From Candidatus Eiseniibacteriota bacterium (GTDB taxonomy: Bacteria > Arandabacterota > Arandabacteria > Arandabacterales > Arandabacteraceae), in contig JBDRNT010000081.1 of the NCBI GenBank assembly GCA_043810925.1, positions 1 through 42,522 of the forward strand: DNA of 42,522 nt, in the 5' to 3' direction. The notes under the pieces were generated by a model. That model made no database searches, was not told the origin of the DNA, and was given only the letters and a program-made list of their open reading frames with translations. The translations under genes were made by a program, and so were the position numbers. Below are positions 18,989 to 27,639 of this stretch, piece after piece; position 1 is the first letter of the stretch, and every line of letters starts with the position of its first letter.

Positions 18989-19612
18989 ATGAGACTTCAG
19001 ATTCCACTGGCGATTATCCTCATCATGGGGCTCTTTACGATAGTGACCAGCTTCATCCCGGCCAAACCGATAGCCGACCTCAATCAGACATTCAGGAACT
19101 GGTATATAGGCATCATCACATTCTTCATATTCCTCGGCACCATAAACCTCGTTCGCGTGAACGGGGAGAAGATAAAGACCAAGGCGAGCGACTGGCAGTA
19201 TTCGATTATCCTCATCACCGCGCTGGCCGTGATGCTCGTTGCCGGTTTCTATAAGGGCCGCGCAAGTATGGATGATGGCAACGTCTTTATGTATCTCTAT
19301 TTTAACGTCCAGTTTCCGCTTGAAGCCACCATGTACTCACTGCTTGCCTTCTTTGTGACATCGGCATCCTTCAGGGCGTTCCGGGCAAGGAACAAGGAGG
19401 CCCTGTGTCTGCTCCTGGCGGCTGTCGTTATCATGCTCGGCCGCGTGCCCATCGGTACCGCGATCTGGAAGGGATTTCCCGATGTAACCGAGTGGATAAT
19501 GAACTACCCCAACGCGGCGGCCAAGCGCGGCATCAGACTCGGGATAGATCTGGGTCTGATCTCCATGGCACTGAGGATGATACTGGGCATCGAGCGATCA
19601 TATATGCAATAG
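18989..19612 (+). CDS. Uncharacterised polytopic membrane protein (about 6 TM)
   Basis: Starts 4 nt after the upstream stop; hydrophobic segments; motifs ATMYSLLAFF.SASFRAFRAR and RMILGIER. Confidence 0.8.
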   Translation: MRLQIPLAIILIMGLFTIVTSFIPAKPIADLNQTFRNWYIGIITFFIFLGTINLVRVNGEKIKTKASDWQYSIILITALAVMLVAGFYKGRASMDDGNVFMYLYFNVQFPLEATMYSLLAFFVTSASFRAFRARNKEALCLLLAAVVIMLGRVPIGTAIWKGFPDVTEWIMNYPNAAAKRGIRLGIDLGLISMALRMILGIERSYMQ

Positions 19613-19621
19613 GGGGAGGCA

Positions 19622-20446
19622 TTGAGCTTACTTGAAAGGATCAGTAATCTCGACCGGCGGATCATATTCCTGACGGTTGCCATCGCGGTTATTGTGCCCC
19701 TGTTCCTGCCGCTTCGTCTTCCTATCGAAGTCACGCCCCCGGTTAAGCAGCTCTATGATGTCATAGACAGCCTGCCCGCGAGATCGGTTGTTCTGATCTC
19801 AATCGATTACGACCCCTCAGGCGCACCCGAGCTCCAGCCCGCAACCCTCTCGATAATGCGCCACTGCTTTAGCAGGAACTTGAGGGTCCTCGTACTCGGT
19901 CTGTGGGCCCCGGGAGTGCCGCTGGGAACACGCGCTCTGGAGGAGGTCGCAGTCAGGGAGTACGACAAGAAGTACGGAGTCGATTTCGTCAACTTCGGCT
20001 ACAAACCGGGTGGGGCCGTCACGCTTGTCAATCTGGGGAGAGATGTCCATGACGTTTGCAGAGAGGACGTTTCCGGCACATCGGTCGAAGACCTGCCTAT
20101 GATGGACGACATACGGGCTGCGAATGACATCGATCTCGTAATCTCGATGTCGATGGGGGTTCCCGGCAGTGACCAGTGGATCTGGTACTACCATGCCCGC
20201 TACAGAGGCAACCTCGCCACGGCGCAGACGGCAATCGGGGCTCCCAAGTACTACCAGTACCTCCAGAGCGGGCAGCTGGTCGGGCTTATCGGGGGGATGA
20301 AGGGAGCAGCCGAATACGAGCGCCTGGTCGCCACGCCGGGGCTTGCAACTATCGGAATGGATTCACAATCGATTGCACATCTTCTGATTATTGCATTTGT
20401 GCTCCTGGGCAACGTCATCTACTGGCTTGAAAAGAGGAAGAAGTAG
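19622..20446 (+). CDS. Uncharacterised membrane protein: TM, alpha/beta domain, TM
   Basis: TTG start with RBS GGGGAGG; motifs DYDPS..PELQP, YGVDFVNFGY, GLIGGMKGAAEYE and MDSQSIAH. Confidence 0.8.
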   Translation: MSLLERISNLDRRIIFLTVAIAVIVPLFLPLRLPIEVTPPVKQLYDVIDSLPARSVVLISIDYDPSGAPELQPATLSIMRHCFSRNLRVLVLGLWAPGVPLGTRALEEVAVREYDKKYGVDFVNFGYKPGGAVTLVNLGRDVHDVCREDVSGTSVEDLPMMDDIRAANDIDLVISMSMGVPGSDQWIWYYHARYRGNLATAQTAIGAPKYYQYLQSGQLVGLIGGMKGAAEYERLVATPGLATIGMDSQSIAHLLIIAFVLLGNVIYWLEKRKK

Positions 20447-20449
20447 ACC

Positions 20450-21091
20450 ATGCTGATGACTACCGGGCCATGGGTATGGATTGCGGGCCTTCTTACACTG
20501 GCCATATACAGCTTTCTCTATAAGGACAATCCCTTCTACAAGGTGGCTGAGTACATCTTCGTGGGTCTCTCCGCCGGCTACTGGGCCGTCTTCCTCTGGT
20601 GGAACTACGCATATCCCAATCTCTTTGTACCGTTGGGCGAGGGGAACTACTGGAATATCATTCCCATCGTACTCGGTTTCATGATGTTTACCCAGCTTTC
20701 GAAACGAACCTCATGGCTCGTCAGGTTTCCGCTGACGTTTGTGCTGGGTGTAAGCCTCGGGCTCCAGGTGATCGCGGCCGTTGAGGGCGACATGGTGCCG
20801 CAGCTTCAGGGCACGTTTTCTCCCTTCGCCAAGGGTGCGCTCTTTAACACCTACAACTTCTGGACGTCAATCGGGCTGATAGTCCTTCTCGTCGGCGTCC
20901 TTGCCACGATCACGTATTTCTTCTTCTCACGGGAGCACAAGGGTGTGCTCGGCGTGACCTCCAAGATCGGCGTGTATTTTCTGATGGTAGCTTTCGGCGC
21001 ATCATTCGGTTATACGGTAATGGCGCGTATATCACTCCTATTCGGAAGGCTGCATTTCCTGCTTACCGACTGGATGCATCTCCTCAAATAG
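20450..21091 (+). CDS. Uncharacterised polytopic membrane protein (about 6 TM)
   Basis: Starts 3 nt after the upstream stop; motifs YSFLYKDNPFYKVAEYIFVG and YFLMVAFGASFGYTVMAR. Confidence 0.8.
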   Translation: MLMTTGPWVWIAGLLTLAIYSFLYKDNPFYKVAEYIFVGLSAGYWAVFLWWNYAYPNLFVPLGEGNYWNIIPIVLGFMMFTQLSKRTSWLVRFPLTFVLGVSLGLQVIAAVEGDMVPQLQGTFSPFAKGALFNTYNFWTSIGLIVLLVGVLATITYFFFSREHKGVLGVTSKIGVYFLMVAFGASFGYTVMARISLLFGRLHFLLTDWMHLLK

Positions 21092-21102
21092 ATGGACCCC
21101 CT

Positions 21103-21471
21103 ATGTTCACCTTGAGCGAAGACGAATTCCGGGCGGTGGCCGCTGAAGCGATAGAGAGCCTGCCTGAGGAATTCAGAACCAAGCTCGATAACGTTGATGT
21201 TGTCGTTGAGGATTACCCGCCGGCCGAGGTCTTGAGGAAGTTTCCGAGAGGCCGCTTGATCCTCGGCCTCTACCAGGGTGTTCCGAACAAGTTCAGAAGT
21301 TCCAACTACAAACTTGTGATGCCCGATAAGATCAGTCTCTACAAACGGAACATCGAGGCCGTGTGCTCAACTCGCGTTCAGGTCTACAGACGGATCCGGA
21401 AGACCCTGCTTCACGAGATAGGACATCATTTCTCGCTGAGCGATCGTGACCTGCGCAACATGGGTTGGTGA
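21103..21471 (+). CDS. Minimal zincin-like metallopeptidase (Zincin_1/DUF1025)
   Basis: Motifs LGLYQGVP, PDKISLY and HEIGHHF (HExxH). Confidence 0.88.
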   Translation: MFTLSEDEFRAVAAEAIESLPEEFRTKLDNVDVVVEDYPPAEVLRKFPRGRLILGLYQGVPNKFRSSNYKLVMPDKISLYKRNIEAVCSTRVQVYRRIRKTLLHEIGHHFSLSDRDLRNMGW

Positions 21472-21474
21472 CAC

Positions 21475-23352
21475 TCAGTTCTTGATGTGCCGGTCCAGAA
21501 ACTCCACCATCCTTCTGTAGTATGTGAGTCTGTTGCTGAGCTTGGCGATGCTGTGCCCCTCATCAGGGAATATGAGTAACTCGGTCGTAACGCCGTTGAT
21601 CATCACGGCCTTGGCAATCTGCTTGGCCTCTCCCACCGGAACACGCGGGTCATTCTCCCCATGGACGATGAGAAGCGGTGCCTTTATCTTGTCGGCGTTC
21701 GTAAGCGGTGAGATCGCCGTCAGGAACTCCCGGTCAGTAAGCGGGCCGTACTCGGCTTCCCTGATGGCTCTACGGTACTCCGCGGTGTTCTGAAGAAAGG
21801 TCACGAAGTTGGCGATCCCCACATTGTCGATCCCGGCCCCGAACATGTCCGGGTAATCGACCAACGCCGCGAGCGCCACATAGCCCCCGTAACTCCCGCC
21901 CTTTATGGCGATGCGGCCCTCTTCGGCGTAGCCTCCATCGACCAGCCACCGGGCGGCCTCGTATATATCGCGGATGGAGTCCTTACGCTTCTTGTAGTTA
22001 TCCAGCCTTACATACTCTCTGCCATAGCCGGAACTCCCCCGTATGTTGGGAGCCAGCACACCGTATCCGTTGAGGATGAGATACTGGAAGTGACGGATGA
22101 AGGACGGTCTGAACTGGCCTTCGGGTCCGCCGTGGGCGTGTATCACGAATGGTATCGGTGAGCCGTCATAGTCGGCAGGGAGATAGATAAACGCCGGGAT
22201 GTCCAGCCCGTCGAAGCTCTTGTACTTTATCAGCCTGGGCTCGGAAAAGGTGGTTCTGTCAATGCCCGCGAAGGTCGAAAACGTCAGTTGCCGGAGGGCA
22301 CCGGTAGCCACATCATAGCTCCAGACGTCCGGCGGCAACACGGGACTGTCAAAAGTGAAAAGAAGCGTGCCCTCGGCTGAAAACGCGAGTTTGGAGGCGA
22401 TGCCCCGCATCTCGTTGAGTTCTCTCTTCTCACCGGTTTGAGTATCGAGTATGTAGAGCGCCCCGTAGCCTTCAACATTCTCAACCCATGCCAGGTAGCG
22501 TCCGTCCGGCGAAAGATCCATCTCTTCAGTCTCCCACGGTGAATCAGGATTGATGAATTCGATCTTGCCGCGTTCCACACCTTTGCGAGCGACCCGGATG
22601 AACCCATCCTCATTCATGTCGGTCATGAAATAGACCTGCTCACCATCGGGAGTCAGCTTGCCGTAGTCGAATATGTACTCATCCTTGTGTTCGGTAAGCA
22701 GAATATCCTCGCCGGACTCTATGTCGAGCAGGTAGAGATCGCTGTTCATGTTGGAGATGTAATGCGAGATAAGGAGTGTGGTCCCGTCACCCGATACGGC
22801 CGCCGCCGAGTTCCAGCTATCCTTGTTCCAGATCTTTTCAACCACTCCGCTGGAGACATGGACCCGGTAGATCATGAAATCTCTGAGGTTCTCTTCGTTG
22901 CTGCTGAAGTAAACATAGGCCTCATCCGGGCTCCACACGGGGGAACCGTGCCGAATCCCGTCACCTTTCTTGAGAGTTGATACCATACCCGATTCCGTGT
23001 CTACGAGGTAGAGATCGGCCTGTTCGCTGCCTCCGATGCTCGCCCCAAAGACGACGCTCTTGCCACTGGGAGAAATGCGAAAGAAGTCTATGCCGTCCGT
23101 GGGGACGGTCATCTGATACGGCCAGCCCGAAGGCATGAGCTTATAGACCTGATTGACACCCGAGATAGAGCTTACAAAAAAGATCATGCTCCCGTCCCGT
23201 GCTATCTGTCCCCCGGTCGCCGAGCCTATTTGCATGAAGGTTTCAATCTGGGGACCGTCGGTGGAATCGGAGACCGCCTGAGCGCCGGCCGATGATGATA
23301 CGAGCAAACTTAAGACGAGCATTGAGACAACACACCAGAGTCTGTTTGACAT
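21475..23352 (-). CDS. Secreted S9 family (prolyl oligopeptidase-like) serine peptidase
   Basis: Signal peptide, beta-propeller SPDG repeats, HGGP, catalytic triad GGSYGG, NDPRV, DEGH. ATG 23352 with RBS GGAGG. Confidence 0.93.
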   Translation of the reverse strand: MSNRLWCVVSMLVLSLLVSSSAGAQAVSDSTDGPQIETFMQIGSATGGQIARDGSMIFFVSSISGVNQVYKLMPSGWPYQMTVPTDGIDFFRISPSGKSVVFGASIGGSEQADLYLVDTESGMVSTLKKGDGIRHGSPVWSPDEAYVYFSSNEENLRDFMIYRVHVSSGVVEKIWNKDSWNSAAAVSGDGTTLLISHYISNMNSDLYLLDIESGEDILLTEHKDEYIFDYGKLTPDGEQVYFMTDMNEDGFIRVARKGVERGKIEFINPDSPWETEEMDLSPDGRYLAWVENVEGYGALYILDTQTGEKRELNEMRGIASKLAFSAEGTLLFTFDSPVLPPDVWSYDVATGALRQLTFSTFAGIDRTTFSEPRLIKYKSFDGLDIPAFIYLPADYDGSPIPFVIHAHGGPEGQFRPSFIRHFQYLILNGYGVLAPNIRGSSGYGREYVRLDNYKKRKDSIRDIYEAARWLVDGGYAEEGRIAIKGGSYGGYVALAALVDYPDMFGAGIDNVGIANFVTFLQNTAEYRRAIREAEYGPLTDREFLTAISPLTNADKIKAPLLIVHGENDPRVPVGEAKQIAKAVMINGVTTELLIFPDEGHSIAKLSNRLTYYRRMVEFLDRHIKN

Positions 23353-23466
23353 TGATTTCCTCCCTGTCACACACTATTGTCACTGTTGTCACTGTGATTC
23401 AGCAGAACCATTCTACCAGCATTCTGCCGATATTCAAGGGCTTGAATGAATGAGGAGTGAGTGAGG

Positions 23467-24060
23467 ATGAGCGATGATACCTTGATCACTGCCATACTTG
23501 GGAGCCCGCGAAGGAACGGCAACAGTGACAGGCTCGCAGTGGAGTTTCTCCGGGGAGCGTCTTCTGCCGGGTCCAAACACAGACTGATTGTGCCGAGTGA
23601 TCTTGGAGTAGCCCCGTGTGACGGTGGTAACCAGTGCTTTTCAGACGGAAAGTGTATCATCCGGGACGGAATGAACGAGATCTATGACGACGTCCTGGCA
23701 TCCAGATACCTGCTCATAGCAACGCCCGTCTACTTCATGGGACCGCCGGGCGCACTCAAGGGTTTTATCGACCGCTTCCAGGCGGTGTGGGCAAGATCCG
23801 CCCTCACCAAGACCTTCGATCCCGACAGCGAAGAGCGCAGGCGCAGTCACAAAGGATTCGCCATCATAGTCGGTGCTACCCCTGACAAACCCAGTATGTA
23901 TCGTCCGACAAGCAGCATCATCAAGGCCTTCTTCAATGTTACAGGTTTCGATCACGCGGGTGAGATGGTGGCAACCGGTCTTGACAGGTTGGATGATGTC
24001 GGGAGCCGGCAGGATCTCATGAAAGAGGCGTTCGAAGCCGGCCAGGCTTTCGTATCTTAG
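23467..24060 (+). CDS. Flavodoxin-fold FMN protein (iron-sulfur flavoprotein / FMN_red family)
   Basis: GSPRRNGNS, PCDGGNQC....KCIIRD, ATPVYF and KGFIDR. Start is ATG 23467 or GTG 23461. Confidence 0.88.
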   Translation: MSDDTLITAILGSPRRNGNSDRLAVEFLRGASSAGSKHRLIVPSDLGVAPCDGGNQCFSDGKCIIRDGMNEIYDDVLASRYLLIATPVYFMGPPGALKGFIDRFQAVWARSALTKTFDPDSEERRRSHKGFAIIVGATPDKPSMYRPTSSIIKAFFNVTGFDHAGEMVATGLDRLDDVGSRQDLMKEAFEAGQAFVS

Positions 24061-24099
24061 GACCCAAGATCCCAACCGTTTTCTGTTTGCCGGAGTGAT

Positions 24100-24124
24100 A
24101 ATTAAGTATGGTGTCGCCGGAATT
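24100..24124 (-). repeat. Dispersed copy of the 25-bp core repeat
   Basis: AATTAAGTATGGTGTCGCCGGAATT matches the reverse complement of the core at 23/25. Confidence 0.88.
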
Positions 24125-24146
24125 ATCTGCCGAATGACTAGAGCAG

Positions 24147-25649
24147 ATGCCGAAATCAAAGACCAAACAGGATGACCTTCTGAGGGAGCTTACGCTCCTT
24201 ATACGATCCCGCTACGGTCTTATCTGGATCAAGACAGTTGAGACCGAACGGGCGGAGAGCCTGTTGAGGTATGCCGCGGGCGCGCTCGGTGTCCCGTTTT
24301 TCATCTGGAGACCAACGTCGGGCCTTCGCCGGGATGACGTAGACGAACCGGTCTACGGAAGCAGCGATCCCAAAGCGGCACTTGTCAGAATCGACTTCAC
24401 CGGACCGGCCATCTACTACTTCCAGGGGTTGGCCCCGTTCATGGATGACCGTCTTCTGAGAGCGTCCTTTATCGATACTGTGCGTGGCTTCTCAAAGAAT
24501 GAGGGCGTGCTCGTCGTGACCGGCAGCGAAATGCAGATACCCGATGCGGTCAAACCGCACTCCGCGGTCGTAGTCCCACCCGAGCCCGAACGGGGGGAAT
24601 TCGAGGAACTCCTTAAGAACGTGTATCGCGATCTCAAGAGCAGGATGCCCGTCAGGATCGATCTGACAAGCGGCGACATGAACGTCCTTTTGAACAACCT
24701 CCAGGGTCTGACGCTGATGGAAGCCGAGAAGATCCTCACCAAGGCCATGATCGAGGATGGGTGTCTGGACTCCAAGGATATGAATCTAGTAATCAAGGAG
24801 AAGAGGGCGATCATCGAACGGGAAGGTCTGCTTGAGTTTATACCGGCTCAACAGAGCTTCGCCGACATCGCCGATCTTACGACGCTTAAAGCCTGGTTGG
24901 CAAAACGCCGGAACATCTTAACCGACCCGAAGGGTGCAGCCAAGTTCGGGCTGCCGTTTCCCAAGGGCATATTGCTCCTTGGCGTGCCGGGATCAGGCAA
25001 GAGCCTGTGTGCCAAGGCCGTCGCGATGGAGTGGGGCCTGCCGCTTCTTAAGATGGATCCCTCAAGACTCTACAACAAGTACATCGGTGAGAGTGAGAAG
25101 AACTACAGGCTTGCCATGACGACAGCCGAGAAGCTGGCACCCGTCGTCCTGTGGATCGATGAGATCGAGAAGGCGTTCCCGTCGGGTGGTGGAGATGACA
25201 GCGGCGTCTCACAGCGTGTGCTCGGCAGCTTCCTGTCATGGCTTCAGGAACGCAAGGGAGATGTATTCGTAGCGGCAACGGCAAACAACATAGACAACCT
25301 GCCGGCTGAGCTTTTGCGCAAAGGCCGGTTCGATGAGATCTTCTTTGTCGACTTGCCCGATGCCGAAACGAGGGCAGCGATATTCAGGATCCATCTTGAG
25401 CGTCGCGGCCACAGTACAAGGGAGTTTGCTTTGGATGAACTCGCGCAGGCTACCGAGGGCTTCACCGGAGCTGAGATAGAGCAGGCGGTCGTGTCGTCAC
25501 TTTACACAGCCTTCTCGGGTCAGGCGAATCTCAATACGGGTCTTCTCCTGGAAGAGATCCGCAAGACCCGCCCACTCTCTCAGATACGGGCAGAGTACAT
25601 CCAGGCTCTCCGGGACTGGGCCAAGACCCGGACCGTCAGCGCCCATTGA
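24147..25649 (+). CDS. Ycf46-like AAA+ ATPase
   Basis: Degenerate N-terminal domain, Walker A GVPGSGKS, Walker B WIDEIEK, ATAN, RKGRFDEIFFVDLP, C-terminal LRDWA. Confidence 0.88.
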   Translation: MPKSKTKQDDLLRELTLLIRSRYGLIWIKTVETERAESLLRYAAGALGVPFFIWRPTSGLRRDDVDEPVYGSSDPKAALVRIDFTGPAIYYFQGLAPFMDDRLLRASFIDTVRGFSKNEGVLVVTGSEMQIPDAVKPHSAVVVPPEPERGEFEELLKNVYRDLKSRMPVRIDLTSGDMNVLLNNLQGLTLMEAEKILTKAMIEDGCLDSKDMNLVIKEKRAIIEREGLLEFIPAQQSFADIADLTTLKAWLAKRRNILTDPKGAAKFGLPFPKGILLLGVPGSGKSLCAKAVAMEWGLPLLKMDPSRLYNKYIGESEKNYRLAMTTAEKLAPVVLWIDEIEKAFPSGGGDDSGVSQRVLGSFLSWLQERKGDVFVAATANNIDNLPAELLRKGRFDEIFFVDLPDAETRAAIFRIHLERRGHSTREFALDELAQATEGFTGAEIEQAVVSSLYTAFSGQANLNTGLLLEEIRKTRPLSQIRAEYIQALRDWAKTRTVSAH

Positions 25650-25674
25650 CATCACGGTCACCGGTCCAGCATCC

Positions 25675-26430
25675 CTAGAATTTCTGCATGGCTTCTTCAA
25701 GAAGCACGCGGGTCCGAGGAGAGTACCATTGCTCTACGAAGATGCGTTCTCTCTCTTCTTTGTCGGCCAGATACTGTCGCTCAACGACCTCAACGCGGTT
25801 TCGCTTGACCGTCGCGAAAGCCTCGGGAAGCAGCGAGGCGAGGAATCTCACCTTCTCCATGGCCTCAGGCAGGACATGCTCGAGCGGTACGATCCGGTCC
25901 ACCATACCCATCTCAAGCAACTTCTCGGATGGGTAGAAATCGCCCCCCTCCATGATCTCGCGGGCGTTTCGGATCCCCACGACATCGCAGGTGATGCGGT
26001 CGCCCAGGTACGGGACGGGTACTCCGATCCGCACCTCATTGAGACCCATCAGCTTCCGGCCTTCGGCAATTACCCGGTAGTCGCAGCAAAGCGTAAGGAT
26101 GCACCCGGCGGCGATGGCATGCCCGGTTATCGCCGCAACCGTGGGTATAGGCAAGGTATAGAGGCCGAGCCACACCTGGTTGAAATTCCGGTAGAACTGC
26201 CGGAACTCCTCTTTGCTCAATGGAAAGAGCTCGGGAATATCAAACCCGATTGACAAGAACTTGTCGTTGGAGCTGCCCAGGACGAGGCCACGCAGGTTCG
26301 AATCCGCTTTGATCGCGTCAATGGCATCGATCAACTCCAGGACACATTCGGGGTTAACCGGATTGGTCACACCGCGATTGAGCCTTAAGATCGCGATGCT
26401 TCCTTCATGGGTGACGGAGATTGTTTTCAC
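25675..26430 (-). CDS. Enoyl-CoA hydratase/isomerase family protein (delta-isomerase-like)
   Basis: Motifs SIGFDI, AAITGHAIAAGC, CDYRV and MGLNEV. Confidence 0.9.
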   Translation of the reverse strand: MKTISVTHEGSIAILRLNRGVTNPVNPECVLELIDAIDAIKADSNLRGLVLGSSNDKFLSIGFDIPELFPLSKEEFRQFYRNFNQVWLGLYTLPIPTVAAITGHAIAAGCILTLCCDYRVIAEGRKLMGLNEVRIGVPVPYLGDRITCDVVGIRNAREIMEGGDFYPSEKLLEMGMVDRIVPLEHVLPEAMEKVRFLASLLPEAFATVKRNRVEVVERQYLADKEERERIFVEQWYSPRTRVLLEEAMQKF

Positions 26431-26771
26431 TCACTGTCCCCCTGCTTTGCCGGTGGGGCATAGCGCTCATAATAGCCCAGCGCCTTCCCGTCAGGGCTCC
26501 GAACCACACGCATATAGACACGGGACTTGTCCGTGTCCGAGATCAGCCGTTCATCTTCCCCTGTCTCAAAAGCGGCCGCCACCTCAAGGATAACCTTATT
26601 CGACTGCTCGTTGTGACAGTCCAGGACCGATGTATCGAGAAGGGCCTCACCGCCGTCATGGTGCTCGGCCGCGACTTTGTTCATGTAACGAATGATGTGG
26701 TCCATGTCCACGAACATAAGTGGGTCTTTTAGACTATCTAGCACAGCCACCATCGTTTCCGGACCGATCAT
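26427..26771 (-). CDS. Stand-alone PAS domain protein
   Basis: VLDSL..P.MFVD..HIIRYMN..A and VLDCH. Overlaps the downstream gene by GTGA. Confidence 0.8.
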   Translation of the reverse strand: MIGPETMVAVLDSLKDPLMFVDMDHIIRYMNKVAAEHHDGGEALLDTSVLDCHNEQSNKVILEVAAAFETGEDERLISDTDKSRVYMRVVRSPDGKALGYYERYAPPAKQGDSE

Positions 26772-26835
26772 ATTTGTCTACCTCCGATCAAAGGGGGCGA
26801 AACAGGGGACAGCTACCTTCATTCTGCGCCGGGTC

Positions 26836-26897
26836 GTAGGGTCGGGGTTCCTTCCCCGACGCTCCACTATTCGTCGGGCACAGAGGCCCGACCCTAC
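26836..26897. repeat. Inverted pair of GTAG-tagged REP-like palindromes (REPIN-like)
   Basis: GTAGGGTCGGGGTTCCTTCCCCGACGC (26836-26862) and inverted CGTCGGGCACAGAGGCCCGACCCTAC (26872-26897). Confidence 0.8.
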
Positions 26898-27008
26898 AAG
26901 ATTAGGCTAGGACATTCACATCGTCAATAGGGAGAATGCTCCATTGACGAATGCACGTTGACTTGGTAACTATAGACAGGCGAGTATCTGGACCACAGGA
27001 GGCCCGAG

Positions 27009-27530
27009 ATGAATGCACGTAAACGGTTCGTGTGTCTACTTATGATCATCGCTCTTTGTTGCCTGGCTTCGGGATGCAACGAGACCAGCTGCACGGGATC
27101 CGATTCGACAGGTCCTATCGGACGGCTCGTGAGGTCTACCGGATGCAAGACCTGGGAGCTCGCAACGGACACCGACGGTGTGGCCAGCGACCAGGATTGC
27201 ATAGAGTGGCGTCTTGACGCCCCCGGCCGTCTTCTCCTCACACATGTGAACGCGGGTTTCAACTGCTGTCCCAAGTTCGACGCGGTGACATATGTCGAGA
27301 ACGATACGATCTTCATTGTGGAGCGGGAGCTCGAGGGTCAGTGCGACTGTATCTGCCTCTTTGATCTTGACTATGAGATCCGCGACCTCGAGCCCGGGGT
27401 GTATGAAGTGATCGTAAACCAGGAGTGTCTGCGCGAGGATGATGAACCGCTGGATTTCACCGTGGATCTTCTGACCTCGCCATCCGGCAGGCATTGCGTC
27501 GAGCGGACGCACTATCCCTGGGGTCACTAG
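27009..27530 (+). CDS. Cys-rich putative lipoprotein
   Basis: RBS AGGAGG, lipobox LASGC, motifs FNCC and CDCIC. Confidence 0.8.
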   Translation: MNARKRFVCLLMIIALCCLASGCNETSCTGSDSTGPIGRLVRSTGCKTWELATDTDGVASDQDCIEWRLDAPGRLLLTHVNAGFNCCPKFDAVTYVENDTIFIVERELEGQCDCICLFDLDYEIRDLEPGVYEVIVNQECLREDDEPLDFTVDLLTSPSGRHCVERTHYPWGH

Positions 27531-27639
27531 GAGCCGGGCTATAGAAAACCCTTCATCTGCGGCGTTACGCTTGCCCGGCGTCGCTTCGACGTACCTGAAT
27601 GTACGCCTCTGTTCCCCGGGATTCGCGTGCCTTGGAGAG

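Noticed and set aside
17998-18990. 330-aa minus-strand ORF (also 16123-17019, 32731-33504, 41362-42093)
   Set aside because: All lie antisense to well-supported genes and lack protein-like motifs.
23365-23398. TGTCAC direct repeats as a Pho box
   Set aside because: Spacing is 13 and 9 nt rather than 11, and there is no phosphate-related context.
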